Positions 27,048-38,946 of a stretch of 64,000 bases of DNA are shown here, piece by piece; position 1 is the first letter of the stretch, and each line of letters starts with the position of its first letter. Below the pieces are notes generated by a model. That model saw nothing but the letters and a program-made list of their open reading frames with translations, was not told the origin of the DNA and made no database searches. The translations under genes and the position numbers were made by a program. Source of the stretch: Candidatus Versatilivorator sp. (GTDB taxonomy: Bacteria > Acidobacteriota > Terriglobia > Versatilivoradales > Versatilivoraceae); NCBI GenBank assembly GCA_965207735.1, contig OZ242296.1:448001-512000 (forward strand). Direction: 5' to 3'.

Positions 27048-27899
27048 ATGCGGGTTTTCGAAGCCATCGCCGCTGCCTGTGAGGAACTGACCCGGAACTC
27101 CGTGGTCAACGCCAGGGTCGATGCCGAAATCCTGCTGGCACGGACCCTGGGGACAACGCGCAGCGCCCTGCTGGCCCATTTCCGGGACGCTGTCGATGAA
27201 TCGTCGCGCCAGGTCTTTTTCTCCAAAGTCCGGGAACGCAGCTGGGGCAAGCCGCTCCAATACATTTTGGGTCAGCAGGAATTTCGCGGGCTGCTTTTCG
27301 AGGTGTCGCCTTCGGTCTTCATTCCCAGGCCCGAGACGGAGTTTGTGGTGGAGGTCGCGCTGGAGCGCCTGGAGAACGGCAGTTTGAACCTGGCGGATGT
27401 GGGAACCGGTTCCGGCTGCCTGGCGGTCAGCCTGGCCGTGGCGCTCCATCGAGCCAAGCTCTGGGCCACGGACTTGTCCGAGCCGGCTCTGGAGATAGCG
27501 CGAAGAAATGCGGCCCGGCACGGGGTGGGGAGCAGGATCACCTATTTGCAAGGGAATCTGTTGAAACCGGTGGCTTCCTGGCTGGGCGCGGGGCAGCTCG
27601 ATGCCGTTGTCTCCAATCCCCCTTATGTGGGCCCGGACGAGTTGAGCGGACTGCAGAAGGAAGTCCGGGATTGGGAACCCCGCCTGGCGCTCGTCGGAGA
27701 TGAGGGGGCGCCCAGCCTCTATGCCCGACTGGTGTCTCAATCTCACGTCCAGCTCAGGCCGGGAGGGCTGCTGATTGTGGAGATCGGTTACAGCATGCAG
27801 GAGGCGGTGTGCGACCTGCTGGGACAGGGCTGGGAGCTGTTGGGTGTTACCGAGGACTTGAACGGGATTCCCAGGGTGGTTTCGGCGAGAAGGATCTAA
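27048..27899 (+). CDS. prmC: Release factor glutamine methyltransferase
   Basis: IPRPETE, DVGTGSG and NPPY. Confidence 0.95.
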   Translation: MRVFEAIAAACEELTRNSVVNARVDAEILLARTLGTTRSALLAHFRDAVDESSRQVFFSKVRERSWGKPLQYILGQQEFRGLLFEVSPSVFIPRPETEFVVEVALERLENGSLNLADVGTGSGCLAVSLAVALHRAKLWATDLSEPALEIARRNAARHGVGSRITYLQGNLLKPVASWLGAGQLDAVVSNPPYVGPDELSGLQKEVRDWEPRLALVGDEGAPSLYARLVSQSHVQLRPGGLLIVEIGYSMQEAVCDLLGQGWELLGVTEDLNGIPRVVSARRI

Positions 27900-27938
27900 G
27901 GAATCGGGAAGAGAATGAGGTCAACAGGAGAGGAGCCG

Positions 27939-28283
27939 ATGTCAGACTGCCTGTTTTGCAAGATCGTTCGCAAGGAGATTCCGGCCAGGGTCCTGTTCGA
28001 GGATGACCTGGCCTTGGCATTTGAGGACATCAACGCCAAAGCCCCCACACACGTTCTGGTCATCCCCAAGAAACACCTGGAATCCCTGGAGGATGCGGAC
28101 TGGGAAGACCGCCAATGCCTGGGCCACCTGATGATGGTAGCGCGGGACCTCGCCCGCCAGCGGGGCCATCGAGAGTCCGGCTACCGCGCGGTCATCAATA
28201 CCGGCCCGGACGCCGGCCAGTCGGTTTTTCATATCCACCTGCACCTGCTGGGAGGACGGCAGATGGCCTGGCCGCCGGGATAG
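27939..28283 (+). CDS. hinT: HIT family nucleotide-binding protein
   Basis: CLFCKI...GQSVFHIHLHLLGGR. Confidence 0.9.
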   Translation: MSDCLFCKIVRKEIPARVLFEDDLALAFEDINAKAPTHVLVIPKKHLESLEDADWEDRQCLGHLMMVARDLARQRGHRESGYRAVINTGPDAGQSVFHIHLHLLGGRQMAWPPG

Positions 28284-28350
28284 ATCGAGTCGGGTGAGGC
28301 TGGGATTTTCAGCGAGTCCCGGTTGGATTCCAAACGGAACGAATCGCAGA

Positions 28351-31041
28351 TCAACTGCAGCCGCTGGTCGTGCCGCAGTTGAGGCACTTGTAGCAGGCGC
28401 CGTTACGCACCATGATGCTGCCGCATTCGGGACAGGGCGGGGCATCCGCCTGGGTTTGAAAGACCCGCCGTTCCATGTCTTCCATCTGCATGCTGGTTGC
28501 GGGAGCCGCCTTCTCCTGCTGGGGCTGCTCCTCAACGGTCAGGAATTTCTGGCCCAGCCAGCGGAAGATGTAGTCCACGATGGATTTGGCGATGGGGATC
28601 TGCGGATTGTTGGTGAACCCCGCGGGTTCAAAACGGCTGTGGCTGAACTTGTCGACCAGGACCTTCAAGGGCACCCCGTACTGCAGGGCCATCGAAATGG
28701 AAGTAGCTACCGTGTCCATGAGCCCGGAGACCACCGAACCCTGCTTGGCCATGACCACAAAAATTTCTCCTGGGGTGCCGTCGTCATACATTCCCACCGT
28801 CAGGTAGCCGTCGTGCCCGGCGACACTGAACTTGTGGGTGATGGCCTGGCGCTCGTCGGGGAGTCGGAGTCGAGCCGGTCGGGCCGGCTCACTCTCGCCT
28901 TCTTCCTTGAGACTGGTGTTGAGGGGCTGTGACCGCTTCGATCCGTCCCGATAAATAGCCAGAGCCTTGAGACCCAATTCCCAGGCTTGAACGTAGGCTT
29001 CCTGGATCTGATCCACCGAGGCTTCCTCGGGCATGTTGACGGTCTTGGAAATGGCTCCCGAGAGGAAGGGTTGCACCGCCCCCATCATCTTCAAGTGACC
29101 CGAATAGTGAATGGAACGAGCTCCGTTCATGGGTTTGAAGGCGCAGTCGAAGACCGGAAGATCCTTCTCCTTCAGAAAGGGCGCCCCTTCGATGGTTTCG
29201 TTATCGTCGATGTATTTGATGATTTCGTTGATCTCCTCCTGGCCGTATCCCAGCCGCGTCAATGCTTCCGGAACGGTCTGATTGACGATCTTGAGCAGCC
29301 CCCCTCCCACCAGCTTCTTGTACTTCACCAGAGCAATGTCAGGCTCCACTCCGGTGGTGTCGCAGTCCATCATGAATCCAATGGTTCCGGTCGGCGCCAG
29401 CACCGTCACCTGGGAGTTCTTGTAGCCATACTGCTCTCCCTGGGAAAGGGCATCGCTCCAGCAGTGCTGGACGGCCTGGTAGAGATCTTGGGGCAGAGCG
29501 GAAACGGGAAGATTGGCAGCGGCGTCGCGGTGTTTGCGAATCACCCTCAACATGGGCTCGCGATTCAGCGGGTATTCGGCGAAGGGCCCCAGGTCGTGGG
29601 CAATCCTGGAGGAGGTGTGATAGGCCTCACCGTGCATGAGGGCCGTCACGGCGCCGGCGTAGGCGCGACCGGCATCGCTGTCGTAGGGAAGCCCCAATGA
29701 CATGAGCAAGGCTCCCAGGTTGGCATACCCCAGCCCCAGCGGCCTGAAGTGGTGGCTGTTGTCGGCAATTGAGGGGGTCGGATAGCTGGCGTTGTCGACG
29801 ATGATCTCCTGGGCCGTGATCACCACCTGCACCGCGTGTTTGAACCGCTCGACATCCAGACCACCGTCCCTATCCCTGAATTTCATCAGGTTCAACGAGG
29901 CCAGGTTGCAGGCGGTGTCATCCAGGAACATATATTCGCTGCAGGGGTTGGAGGCGTTGATGCGATCGGTGTTGGCGCAGGTATGCCAGTCGTTGACCGT
30001 GGTATCGAACTGAATGCCGGGGTCGCCGCAGACGTGGGCGGATTCGGCCATCATTTGAAGCAGTTCGCGGGCGCGGTGGGTTTCCACGATCTCGCCGCTG
30101 GTCACTGCTCGGGTGCTCCATTCGCGGTCTTCGACCGTTGCCTGCATGAACTCGTCGGTGACGCGTACGCTGTTGTTTGAATTCTGGAAAAAGACCGAGC
30201 TGTAGGCCGGGCCGTTGAAGGAAGAATCGTATCCCGCCGAGATCAGGGCCCAGGCCTTCTTTTCCTCTTCTTCCTTGCACTTGATGAACTCCACGATGTC
30301 GGGATGCTCCGCGTTCAGGATGACCATTTTGGCCGCCCGCCGCGTCTTGCCGCCCGACTTGATGACGCCGGCAAAGGCATCGTAGCCCTTCATGAAGGAG
30401 ACCGGCCCGGACGCTTCCCCCCCGCCGGACAGCAACTCCTTGGAGGAACGAATCGGGGAGAGATTGGTGCCGGTGCCGCTCCCCCACTTGAACAGCATGC
30501 CTTCCGTCTTGGCCAGGTCCAGAATGGCTTCCATGCGGTCTTCTACCGAGTTGATAAAACATGCCGAGCATTGAGGTTTGGGCTCGATGCCGCAATTGAA
30601 CCAGACCGGGCTGTTGAAGGCCGCCTTTTGATCGACCAGCAAGTGGGTGAGCTCCGACTTGAAGGTGTCGGCGTCTTCGGGGGTTGCAAAATAGCCCCCC
30701 TCCTGCCCCCATCGGTGAATGGTGTCCACGACTCTCCCGATGAGCTGCCGGACACTTCTTTCGCGGCCCCGGCCATTAGTGGATCGCCTGAAGTATTTCG
30801 AGACCACCACGTTTGTCGCCAACATGGACCAGCCTTCGGGCACTTCCACGTCGGGTTGCTCGAAGATCACCTCTCCCTTTTCGTTGGTGATGCTTGCCTT
30901 GCGCTTTTCCCACTGAACCTGATCGAAGGGATTCACCCCGGGCCTGGTGTAAACCCGGTCGAAATGCAGGAGTCTGGTTTCTTCCGGCGCACTGGTGGCC
31001 GGGGCCGTAGCCTGACTCTCCGTCTTGGTGTTCACTAGCAT
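28351..31041 (-). CDS. nrdJ: Class II (B12-dependent) ribonucleotide reductase
   Basis: ASNPCSE, APTGTI, GAISKTVN, a TSCPD domain and C-terminal CPECG...CLNCG. Confidence 0.92.
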   Translation of the reverse strand: MLVNTKTESQATAPATSAPEETRLLHFDRVYTRPGVNPFDQVQWEKRKASITNEKGEVIFEQPDVEVPEGWSMLATNVVVSKYFRRSTNGRGRERSVRQLIGRVVDTIHRWGQEGGYFATPEDADTFKSELTHLLVDQKAAFNSPVWFNCGIEPKPQCSACFINSVEDRMEAILDLAKTEGMLFKWGSGTGTNLSPIRSSKELLSGGGEASGPVSFMKGYDAFAGVIKSGGKTRRAAKMVILNAEHPDIVEFIKCKEEEEKKAWALISAGYDSSFNGPAYSSVFFQNSNNSVRVTDEFMQATVEDREWSTRAVTSGEIVETHRARELLQMMAESAHVCGDPGIQFDTTVNDWHTCANTDRINASNPCSEYMFLDDTACNLASLNLMKFRDRDGGLDVERFKHAVQVVITAQEIIVDNASYPTPSIADNSHHFRPLGLGYANLGALLMSLGLPYDSDAGRAYAGAVTALMHGEAYHTSSRIAHDLGPFAEYPLNREPMLRVIRKHRDAAANLPVSALPQDLYQAVQHCWSDALSQGEQYGYKNSQVTVLAPTGTIGFMMDCDTTGVEPDIALVKYKKLVGGGLLKIVNQTVPEALTRLGYGQEEINEIIKYIDDNETIEGAPFLKEKDLPVFDCAFKPMNGARSIHYSGHLKMMGAVQPFLSGAISKTVNMPEEASVDQIQEAYVQAWELGLKALAIYRDGSKRSQPLNTSLKEEGESEPARPARLRLPDERQAITHKFSVAGHDGYLTVGMYDDGTPGEIFVVMAKQGSVVSGLMDTVATSISMALQYGVPLKVLVDKFSHSRFEPAGFTNNPQIPIAKSIVDYIFRWLGQKFLTVEEQPQQEKAAPATSMQMEDMERRVFQTQADAPPCPECGSIMVRNGACYKCLNCGTTSGCS

Positions 31042-31183
31042 GGAATATCTCCTCAAACCTCAATCAGGACAATGGGAGGCAAGCAGGCTCTCTACCCGTC
31101 AGACCGGTCTTCGGCGGTGAGGCTGGTTCCGATTCGATTCCGAACAAAACTATTGGGTGCGACCGTTCACTTTGGTGAGAGGC

Positions 31184-31211
31184 ATTTTACGTCGGTGGCC
31201 CTTCTTGTCAA
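31184..31211 (-). promoter_or_regulatory. Sigma70-type promoter for nrdJ
   Basis: TTGACA-16 bp-TAAAAT on the minus strand. Confidence 0.6.
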
Positions 31212-31229
31212 GCATTATCAACGTTTTTT

Positions 31230-31276
31230 GCACAAAATGATGGACTCATCACCCACCTGGCAACTAAATGTTGTGC
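31230..31276. promoter_or_regulatory. Tandem NrdR boxes
   Basis: GCACAAAATGATGGAC (31230) and CAACTAAATGTTGTGC (31261) match acaCwAtATaTwGtgt and start 31 bp apart, upstream of nrdJ. Confidence 0.65.
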
Positions 31277-31520
31277 ACCCGTTCCATTCCCACAAACCCC
31301 TGGGAGAGGCCCGATTCCATGGAATAGTCCGGTGTATCTACCGCACTTTCCCCTTGATAATCAACGGTTTGAGACCGGGTTCGGGTTCGCCGCGGGGGGT
31401 GAGAGTGGAGGTGCTGCGCGTTGTTGGGGAAGGGTGTGCCAGGCCGGAGCGAGCCTTTAAAAACACCAGGAGTAGTTGCGGGTGAGCAACGCCGGCGAGC
31501 GATCCTGCGAGGGGTCGGCC

Positions 31521-33413
<1,893 letters not shown>

Positions 33414-33590
33414 TCAATAGTTTGTTAATATGAGTGCGGGCTGGAGACGCTGGATGATTGTCTGCCGTATCGGTGAATCATACCACAAGATTGACAAAGC
33501 CTTGACCCGAAACTAAGATGGGCCGCCGCTGCCGATAGGCGGCCGGTTGCCGGAAAATAGATGCCGTCGAGCCATGTATCGGAGGGAAGA

Positions 33591-35048
33591 ATGTCGGAGA
33601 CTTTTGGGAACTTCATTGCCGGGGAGTGGGTGGACAGTTCGTCGGGGAAGACGTTCGAGAGCGTCAATCCGGCCAACACCCGGGAAGTGGTGGCATGCTA
33701 CCAGGCGTCCACGAAGGCTGACGTGAGGCAGGCTCTGGAGGCCGCCGGCCGGACCCAGCAGGCCTGGGCCGAAATGCCGGCTCCCCTGCGCGGCACCATC
33801 CTGATGCGGTCCGCCGAGTTGCTGGAAAAGCAGGCTGAGCAGGTGGCGACCGAGATGACCCGCGAGGAGGGGAAAACGCTTCCGGAAGCCCGAGGGGAAG
33901 TGGGCCGCGCCGTCAACATCCTGCGCTATTTCGGGGCCGAGGGCGCAAGGATGAGCGGCGAAACGGTACCCTCGGAACGGGATGGAGTGTTTGGCTACAC
34001 CTTCCGCAAGCCACTGGGCGTGGTGTCCCTGCTGACTCCCTGGAATTTCCCCATTGCCATTCCGGTTTGGAAGATAGCGCCGGCCCTGGTCGCCGGAAAC
34101 AGCCTGGTCATCAAACCGGCCTCCCTGGCGCCGCTGTGCACGGTGCGAGTGGCCGAGGTCCTGCACGAGGCCGGTCTGCCCAAGGGCGTGCTGAATTTGG
34201 TTACCGGGTCCGGGGCAAACATCGGGGATGAGCTGATTGCCAATCCACTGGTCAGGGCCGTCTCCTTTACCGGCTCCTGTGAGGTCGGCAACGGGATCCA
34301 GCGGCAGACGGCTCCGCGGGGCATCAAGACTCAGTTGGAGATGGGCGGGAAGAACCCCACCATCGTGCTCCGGGACGCGGACCTCGAGCAGGCTGCCGAC
34401 GTGGTGGTCAATGGTGCATTCTTTTCAACCGGACAGAAATGCACCGCCACCAGTCGAGCCCTGGTGGAGAAGCCGGTCTTCGATGAGTTCCTACGACTGC
34501 TGGTGGAAAAAACGGAGAAGCTGAAAGTCGGCGACGGTCTCCAGGAAGGGGTCCAGATGGGGCCCTGCGTCGACGAGAATCAGATGAACACCGTCCTCGA
34601 CTACATCGGGATCGGCCGGCAGGAAGGGGCCCGCCTGCTGTGCGGGGGCGGGCGGATAACCGGTCCGGAATGGGACCAGGGCTACTTCGTCCAACCCACC
34701 ATCTTTTCCGAGGTGTCGCCGGAAATGAGAATTGCCCAGGAAGAGATTTTCGGACCGGTGCTGGCTCTCTTTCCGGTCGAGGACCTCGACCAGGCCATCG
34801 AGCTGGCCAACCAGGTCAAGTTCGGGCTGTCGGCATCGATTCTGACCAACCGGATCGATCAGGCCTTCAAATACATCAACCGCATCGAAGCAGGCCTGAT
34901 CATCGTCAACCTGCCCTCGGCCGGAGTGGAATATCAACTGCCGTTTGGAGGCACCAAGGCCTCCAGCACCGGCTATCGGGAGCAGGGCAGCGTGGCCATC
35001 GACTTCTATTCGGAGCTCCGCACGGTCTACCTGAAACACCGGATCTGA
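33591..35048 (+). CDS. Aldehyde dehydrogenase family protein
   Basis: PWNFP, FTGS, LEMGGKNP, GQKCTA and EEIFGPV. Confidence 0.92.
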   Translation: MSETFGNFIAGEWVDSSSGKTFESVNPANTREVVACYQASTKADVRQALEAAGRTQQAWAEMPAPLRGTILMRSAELLEKQAEQVATEMTREEGKTLPEARGEVGRAVNILRYFGAEGARMSGETVPSERDGVFGYTFRKPLGVVSLLTPWNFPIAIPVWKIAPALVAGNSLVIKPASLAPLCTVRVAEVLHEAGLPKGVLNLVTGSGANIGDELIANPLVRAVSFTGSCEVGNGIQRQTAPRGIKTQLEMGGKNPTIVLRDADLEQAADVVVNGAFFSTGQKCTATSRALVEKPVFDEFLRLLVEKTEKLKVGDGLQEGVQMGPCVDENQMNTVLDYIGIGRQEGARLLCGGGRITGPEWDQGYFVQPTIFSEVSPEMRIAQEEIFGPVLALFPVEDLDQAIELANQVKFGLSASILTNRIDQAFKYINRIEAGLIIVNLPSAGVEYQLPFGGTKASSTGYREQGSVAIDFYSELRTVYLKHRI

Positions 35049-35059
35049 GGTCGCTCCAC

Positions 35060-35674
35060 CTATTCGATTTCCCGGATGTAGAGGTCCTTGAAGCGCATTC
35101 TGCCTTCGCCGCCGCTGTGGAGCTGCAGTGCGATGACACCGTCGAAATAGCGAGGCTCAGGATCGCGGTAGTCCACGGCCCGCACGCCGTTGAGGAAGGT
35201 CACCACCCGGTTGCCGAACACCGAAAAGGAAATGTCGTTCCACTCTTCCGGTTTCAGGGCCGCTTCACCGGTTGGACCGGGCTTGACCAGCCACCCTCGG
35301 CCACCGCTCTCGTAGAGCCCTCCGGTGTGCATGCCCGGATTGGGGTCTACCTCCACCTGAACTCCCTTGATGTCGACTCCCTGCAGGGTCGAATGGTAGA
35401 AGATGCCGCTGTTGCCGGTCCCTTCCCCCTTGAATTTGGCCTTGAGCTCAAAATTCTTGTAGGTCCTGGTGGTGGCCAGATAGCCGTATTCCCGGGTCAG
35501 GGCTTCTCCCAGGATCTCGCCGTCTTCTACGGTCCATTTCTCCCGGCCGTGCTCCTGCCAGCCGCTCAGATCCCGGCCGTTGAAAAGGGCAACCCAGGCG
35601 GGAGTGTCCTCCGGCTGCACGCTTTGAGGCCATAGGAAACACACCAGCAAAAAGGGAATTCCGAATCGTTTCAT
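35060..35674 (-). CDS. DUF1080 (3-keto-disaccharide hydrolase-like) exported protein
   Basis: LFNGRDLSGW, GNSG and GVIALQLH; signal peptide. Confidence 0.85.
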   Translation of the reverse strand: MKRFGIPFLLVCFLWPQSVQPEDTPAWVALFNGRDLSGWQEHGREKWTVEDGEILGEALTREYGYLATTRTYKNFELKAKFKGEGTGNSGIFYHSTLQGVDIKGVQVEVDPNPGMHTGGLYESGGRGWLVKPGPTGEAALKPEEWNDISFSVFGNRVVTFLNGVRAVDYRDPEPRYFDGVIALQLHSGGEGRMRFKDLYIREIE

Positions 35675-35952
35675 GGTGACACCTCCGCGACGACGGTTGC
35701 CGGCGTCCAAGCTGCCCCACCGGCATGCCCCAATCCCGGAAAGACTCCGAGACACCCGGGGCTATATTTTGGCTGGCCTTCATTGAGCCAGGATGGCTGC
35801 GTCATGATAGCAGACACAAAGCCCGGGAAATTCCGAGAACGGGTGGATTGGGTTCGGGTCGAGTTTAGCAGGCGGCTCGTTGACAGCCACTTTCCCGATA
35901 AGCTAATTTCTGAATTCCGTCGAGGGGGAGAATCAAATCCCCTGGAGTTTTC

Positions 35953-36747
35953 ATGCGAATCCTTACCTGCCTGAAACAGGTTCCCGAAAGGGACTCCCGC
36001 TACAAGCTGAACCAGGATGGCTCCCGGGTCCTGGAGGAGGACCTGGTCTTCGAAACCAACGAGAGCGACCTCTACGCCCTGGAGGAAGCCCTCCGTTTGA
36101 AAGAGGGAACCGGAGGCGAGGTGGCGGTGCTTTCCATTGGGTCCGACCGCATCTCCAAGGTCCTGCGCAACGCCCTGGCCATGGGAGCCGACCGAGCCAT
36201 CCACTTGAAGGACGAGGCCTTCGAGCGTGGGGACGCCTGGGGTACAGCGCGGGCCATTGCCGCTGCCATCGGCTCCGAGGACTTTGACCTGGTGCTTACC
36301 GGCGTACAGTCGGAGGACATGGCTTTTGCGCAGACGGGCGCCGTTCTGGCCCAGATGCTGGGATGGCCCTGCGCCACCATCGTGCTGGAGGTCGCCTTGG
36401 AGGCCGACATCGGCAGGATTCAGGTAAAGCGAGAGCTGGAGAGCAACGTCTGCGAGCGCGTCGAGCTTCCACTGCCCGCGGTCCTGACGATTCAGTCGGG
36501 ATCGCACCCCATCCGCTACGCCACCTTAAGGGGAATCATGCAGGCCAAGAAGAAAGAGTACCGGGTGCTGACGGCGCAGGACCTGGGACTCTCCCCTGAA
36601 GTCGTGGGCGAGATGGCCGCCAAGGTCAGGCACCACCGCTTGCTGGCGCCCGAGCGGAAAAAAGAGACGGTGATGATTGAGGGAGGGGCCGAAGAGGCTG
36701 CCGGAACGCTGATGGACAAGCTTGTCAACGAGGTCGGAGTGATTTGA
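35953..36747 (+). CDS. etfB: Electron transfer flavoprotein beta subunit
   Basis: CLKQVP, ALEEALRLKE, ALAMGAD and GVQSED. Confidence 0.9.
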   Translation: MRILTCLKQVPERDSRYKLNQDGSRVLEEDLVFETNESDLYALEEALRLKEGTGGEVAVLSIGSDRISKVLRNALAMGADRAIHLKDEAFERGDAWGTARAIAAAIGSEDFDLVLTGVQSEDMAFAQTGAVLAQMLGWPCATIVLEVALEADIGRIQVKRELESNVCERVELPLPAVLTIQSGSHPIRYATLRGIMQAKKKEYRVLTAQDLGLSPEVVGEMAAKVRHHRLLAPERKKETVMIEGGAEEAAGTLMDKLVNEVGVI

Positions 36748-36835
36748 CCCAGATCCATTAAGAGGCCGAGGGCGGCAGGCGGCCCGGCGGCCTGAACGGA
36801 ACAGGCGGCATCCGCCGGGCAGGGAAGATGGATTC

Positions 36836-37822
36836 ATGACAACCAGGATCGTCGTCCTGGGCGAACACCGGGACGGCCAATTGAAGAAGATCTCCTGGGA
36901 GGCGATCGGCTTGGGCCGCAAGCTCTCGGCAGAGCTCGGGAGGGAGGTGTGCCTGGCGCTGGTGGGGAGCGAAATCGAGGGCCTGGCTCGCGAGGTTTCC
37001 GGCCGGAGCGGCCTGGAAGTGGTGGTCCTGGCCAACGACCACTGCCGGCATTACACGCCCGAGGCCTGGTGTGAGGTCCTGGCCGAGTTCGCCGGGACGG
37101 AGCATCCCTATCTGTTGCTGCTGGGCCACACCTATCAGACCATGGATTTTGCTCCCAAGCTGGCGACCATGCTGGACCGGGGCATGATCCCCAACTGTGT
37201 CGATTACCGCTGCGCAGCCGGCCAACTCCTGTGGGTGCGGCAGGTGTTCAACGGCAAGCTCAACCTGGAGGTGAGCCCCAAGGGGGAGCCCCCCTATCTG
37301 GTCTCGCTTCAACAGGGAGCCTTCCCCGCTTCGGAGGAGGACCTGGAAGCCCCGCCCCGAGTCGACCACCGCCAGGTCGGCCTGGCCGAGGGTGTGCTCC
37401 GGAGAAAGCTGCTGGAAGTCATGGAGGCGGTTCAGACCAGGGTGGATTTGAGCCAGGCGGAGATCATCGTCGCCGGAGGCCGGGGGTTGGGAAGCAAGGA
37501 AAAGTTCCAGCTCATCATCGACCTGGCTTCGGCCCTGGGGGCGGGAGTGGGAGCCTCCCGGCCGGTGACCGACGGCGGCTGGTTGCCCAAGGAGCATCAA
37601 ATCGGTAGCTCGGGCCAGACCGTGACGCCCAGGCTCTACATTGCCTGCGGGATTTCAGGGGCCATTCAGCACTTGGTGGGCATGTCCAACTCGGGTTGCA
37701 TCGTCGCCATCAACAAGGACCCCTACGCTCCCATCTTCCAGGTGGCCGACTACGGGATCGTCGGAGACGTCTTTCAGGTCGTTCCCAAGTTGATCGAGAT
37801 CGCCAGGGAGATGCGGCCATAG
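36836..37822 (+). CDS. etfA: Electron transfer flavoprotein alpha subunit
   Basis: GGRG, GASR, QIGSSG, GISGAIQH and AINKD. Confidence 0.92.
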   Translation: MTTRIVVLGEHRDGQLKKISWEAIGLGRKLSAELGREVCLALVGSEIEGLAREVSGRSGLEVVVLANDHCRHYTPEAWCEVLAEFAGTEHPYLLLLGHTYQTMDFAPKLATMLDRGMIPNCVDYRCAAGQLLWVRQVFNGKLNLEVSPKGEPPYLVSLQQGAFPASEEDLEAPPRVDHRQVGLAEGVLRRKLLEVMEAVQTRVDLSQAEIIVAGGRGLGSKEKFQLIIDLASALGAGVGASRPVTDGGWLPKEHQIGSSGQTVTPRLYIACGISGAIQHLVGMSNSGCIVAINKDPYAPIFQVADYGIVGDVFQVVPKLIEIAREMRP

Positions 37823-37852
37823 CCAAGGACCGACCTCCGTCCCAGGTTTATC

Positions 37853-38641
37853 ATGAAGTCCGACCCAACCCCCGAATCCCAGCCCCCGGAACCCCGCAAA
37901 GGGCTGGCCTACTGGGACCGCCCCCGCCAACTATCGCGATGGCAGCGCACCTGGATCGCCGCGGTGACTTGGGTCGGAGCCCGGATGGTCGGCTTGATCG
38001 GCAGGACCCTCCGATGGGAGAGCCAGGGAGATGAACACCTGGAGCAGATCTATCGCTCCGGGAAGAAAGCCATTTTTACCTTCTGGCACTGTGGCATTTT
38101 CCCGGCCACCTGGTACTGGCGGGACCGTGGCATCGTGGTGATGACCAGCCAGAACGTGGACGGGGAGTACATTGCTCGCATCATCCGCATCTTCGGCTAC
38201 GGGGCGGCCCGGGGGTCCAGCTCCCGGGGAGGCTTGAAGGCTCTGGCCGAGATGTCGGGGAAATTGAAGCAGGGCAACGACGTGGCCTTCACGGTGGACG
38301 GCCCCCGGGGCCCCCGCTTCGATGCCAAGATCGGGCCGGTACTGCTGGCCCGGAAGAGCGCCGCCGCCATTTTCTGCTTCCATATCGCGCTTCAGCGCAA
38401 AATCGAGTTCGATAACTGGGACGGATCCCAGATACCGCTGCCCTTTTCGCGGGCCTTGATCCTCAAAGCCGCTCCCATCTACGTTTCGCCCCGAGCCGAT
38501 GGGGAAGAGATTCGCCGCAAGCACCGGGAAATGCAGGAAGTGTTGGACCGATTGCGGCGACAGGGCGAAGAACGCTGGAAAAAAACGACCCGTGAAAAAG
38601 AGGGAACCACGAAGGGAAACGGCGAACCACGAATGGACTGA
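37853..38641 (+). CDS. DUF374 / lysophospholipid acyltransferase family protein
   Basis: FWH, S...DGE, RGSSSRGG, VDGPRGP and WD..IPLPF. The C-terminus runs into an intergenic repeat. Confidence 0.85.
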   Translation: MKSDPTPESQPPEPRKGLAYWDRPRQLSRWQRTWIAAVTWVGARMVGLIGRTLRWESQGDEHLEQIYRSGKKAIFTFWHCGIFPATWYWRDRGIVVMTSQNVDGEYIARIIRIFGYGAARGSSSRGGLKALAEMSGKLKQGNDVAFTVDGPRGPRFDAKIGPVLLARKSAAAIFCFHIALQRKIEFDNWDGSQIPLPFSRALILKAAPIYVSPRADGEEIRRKHREMQEVLDRLRRQGEERWKKTTREKEGTTKGNGEPRMD

Positions 38642-38886
38642 TTAATGAATTGTTTACGGCCGATTGTCGTCCGGAAGGTCGTGGCTAATGAAATAGCCTT
38701 TAGTCAAATCTGCAATCCGATATTCACCACACTTGACTCATCTTTCAAATTTGTTTCGATCCAAGAGATCTGGTAACGACGCGCCTCAAGCCGACAAGCA
38801 TTGAAGTAAGAATAGAGCCACGAGTTCACCCCGACGGACTCGAATAAAGAAATTCGTGTTCATTCGTGTCCATTGGTGGTTCGCTG
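38620..38886. repeat. AT-rich insert flanked by imperfect 19-bp inverted repeats
   Basis: CGGCGAACCACGAATGGAC (38620) pairs with GTCCATTGGTGGTTCGCTG (38868) with 2 mismatches. Confidence 0.6.
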
Positions 38887-38946
38887 TTCTGCTTTGCGGA
38901 TAACTCTTTTGCTCTCCGTGGCCTGTCGGTGTGAGGCAAAGCCTTG

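Noticed and set aside
31042-31520. Cobalamin riboswitch upstream of nrdJ
   Set aside because: No B12-box or GCCACTG/GGGAAG pattern is recognisable on the coding strand. The promoter and NrdR boxes explain the region.
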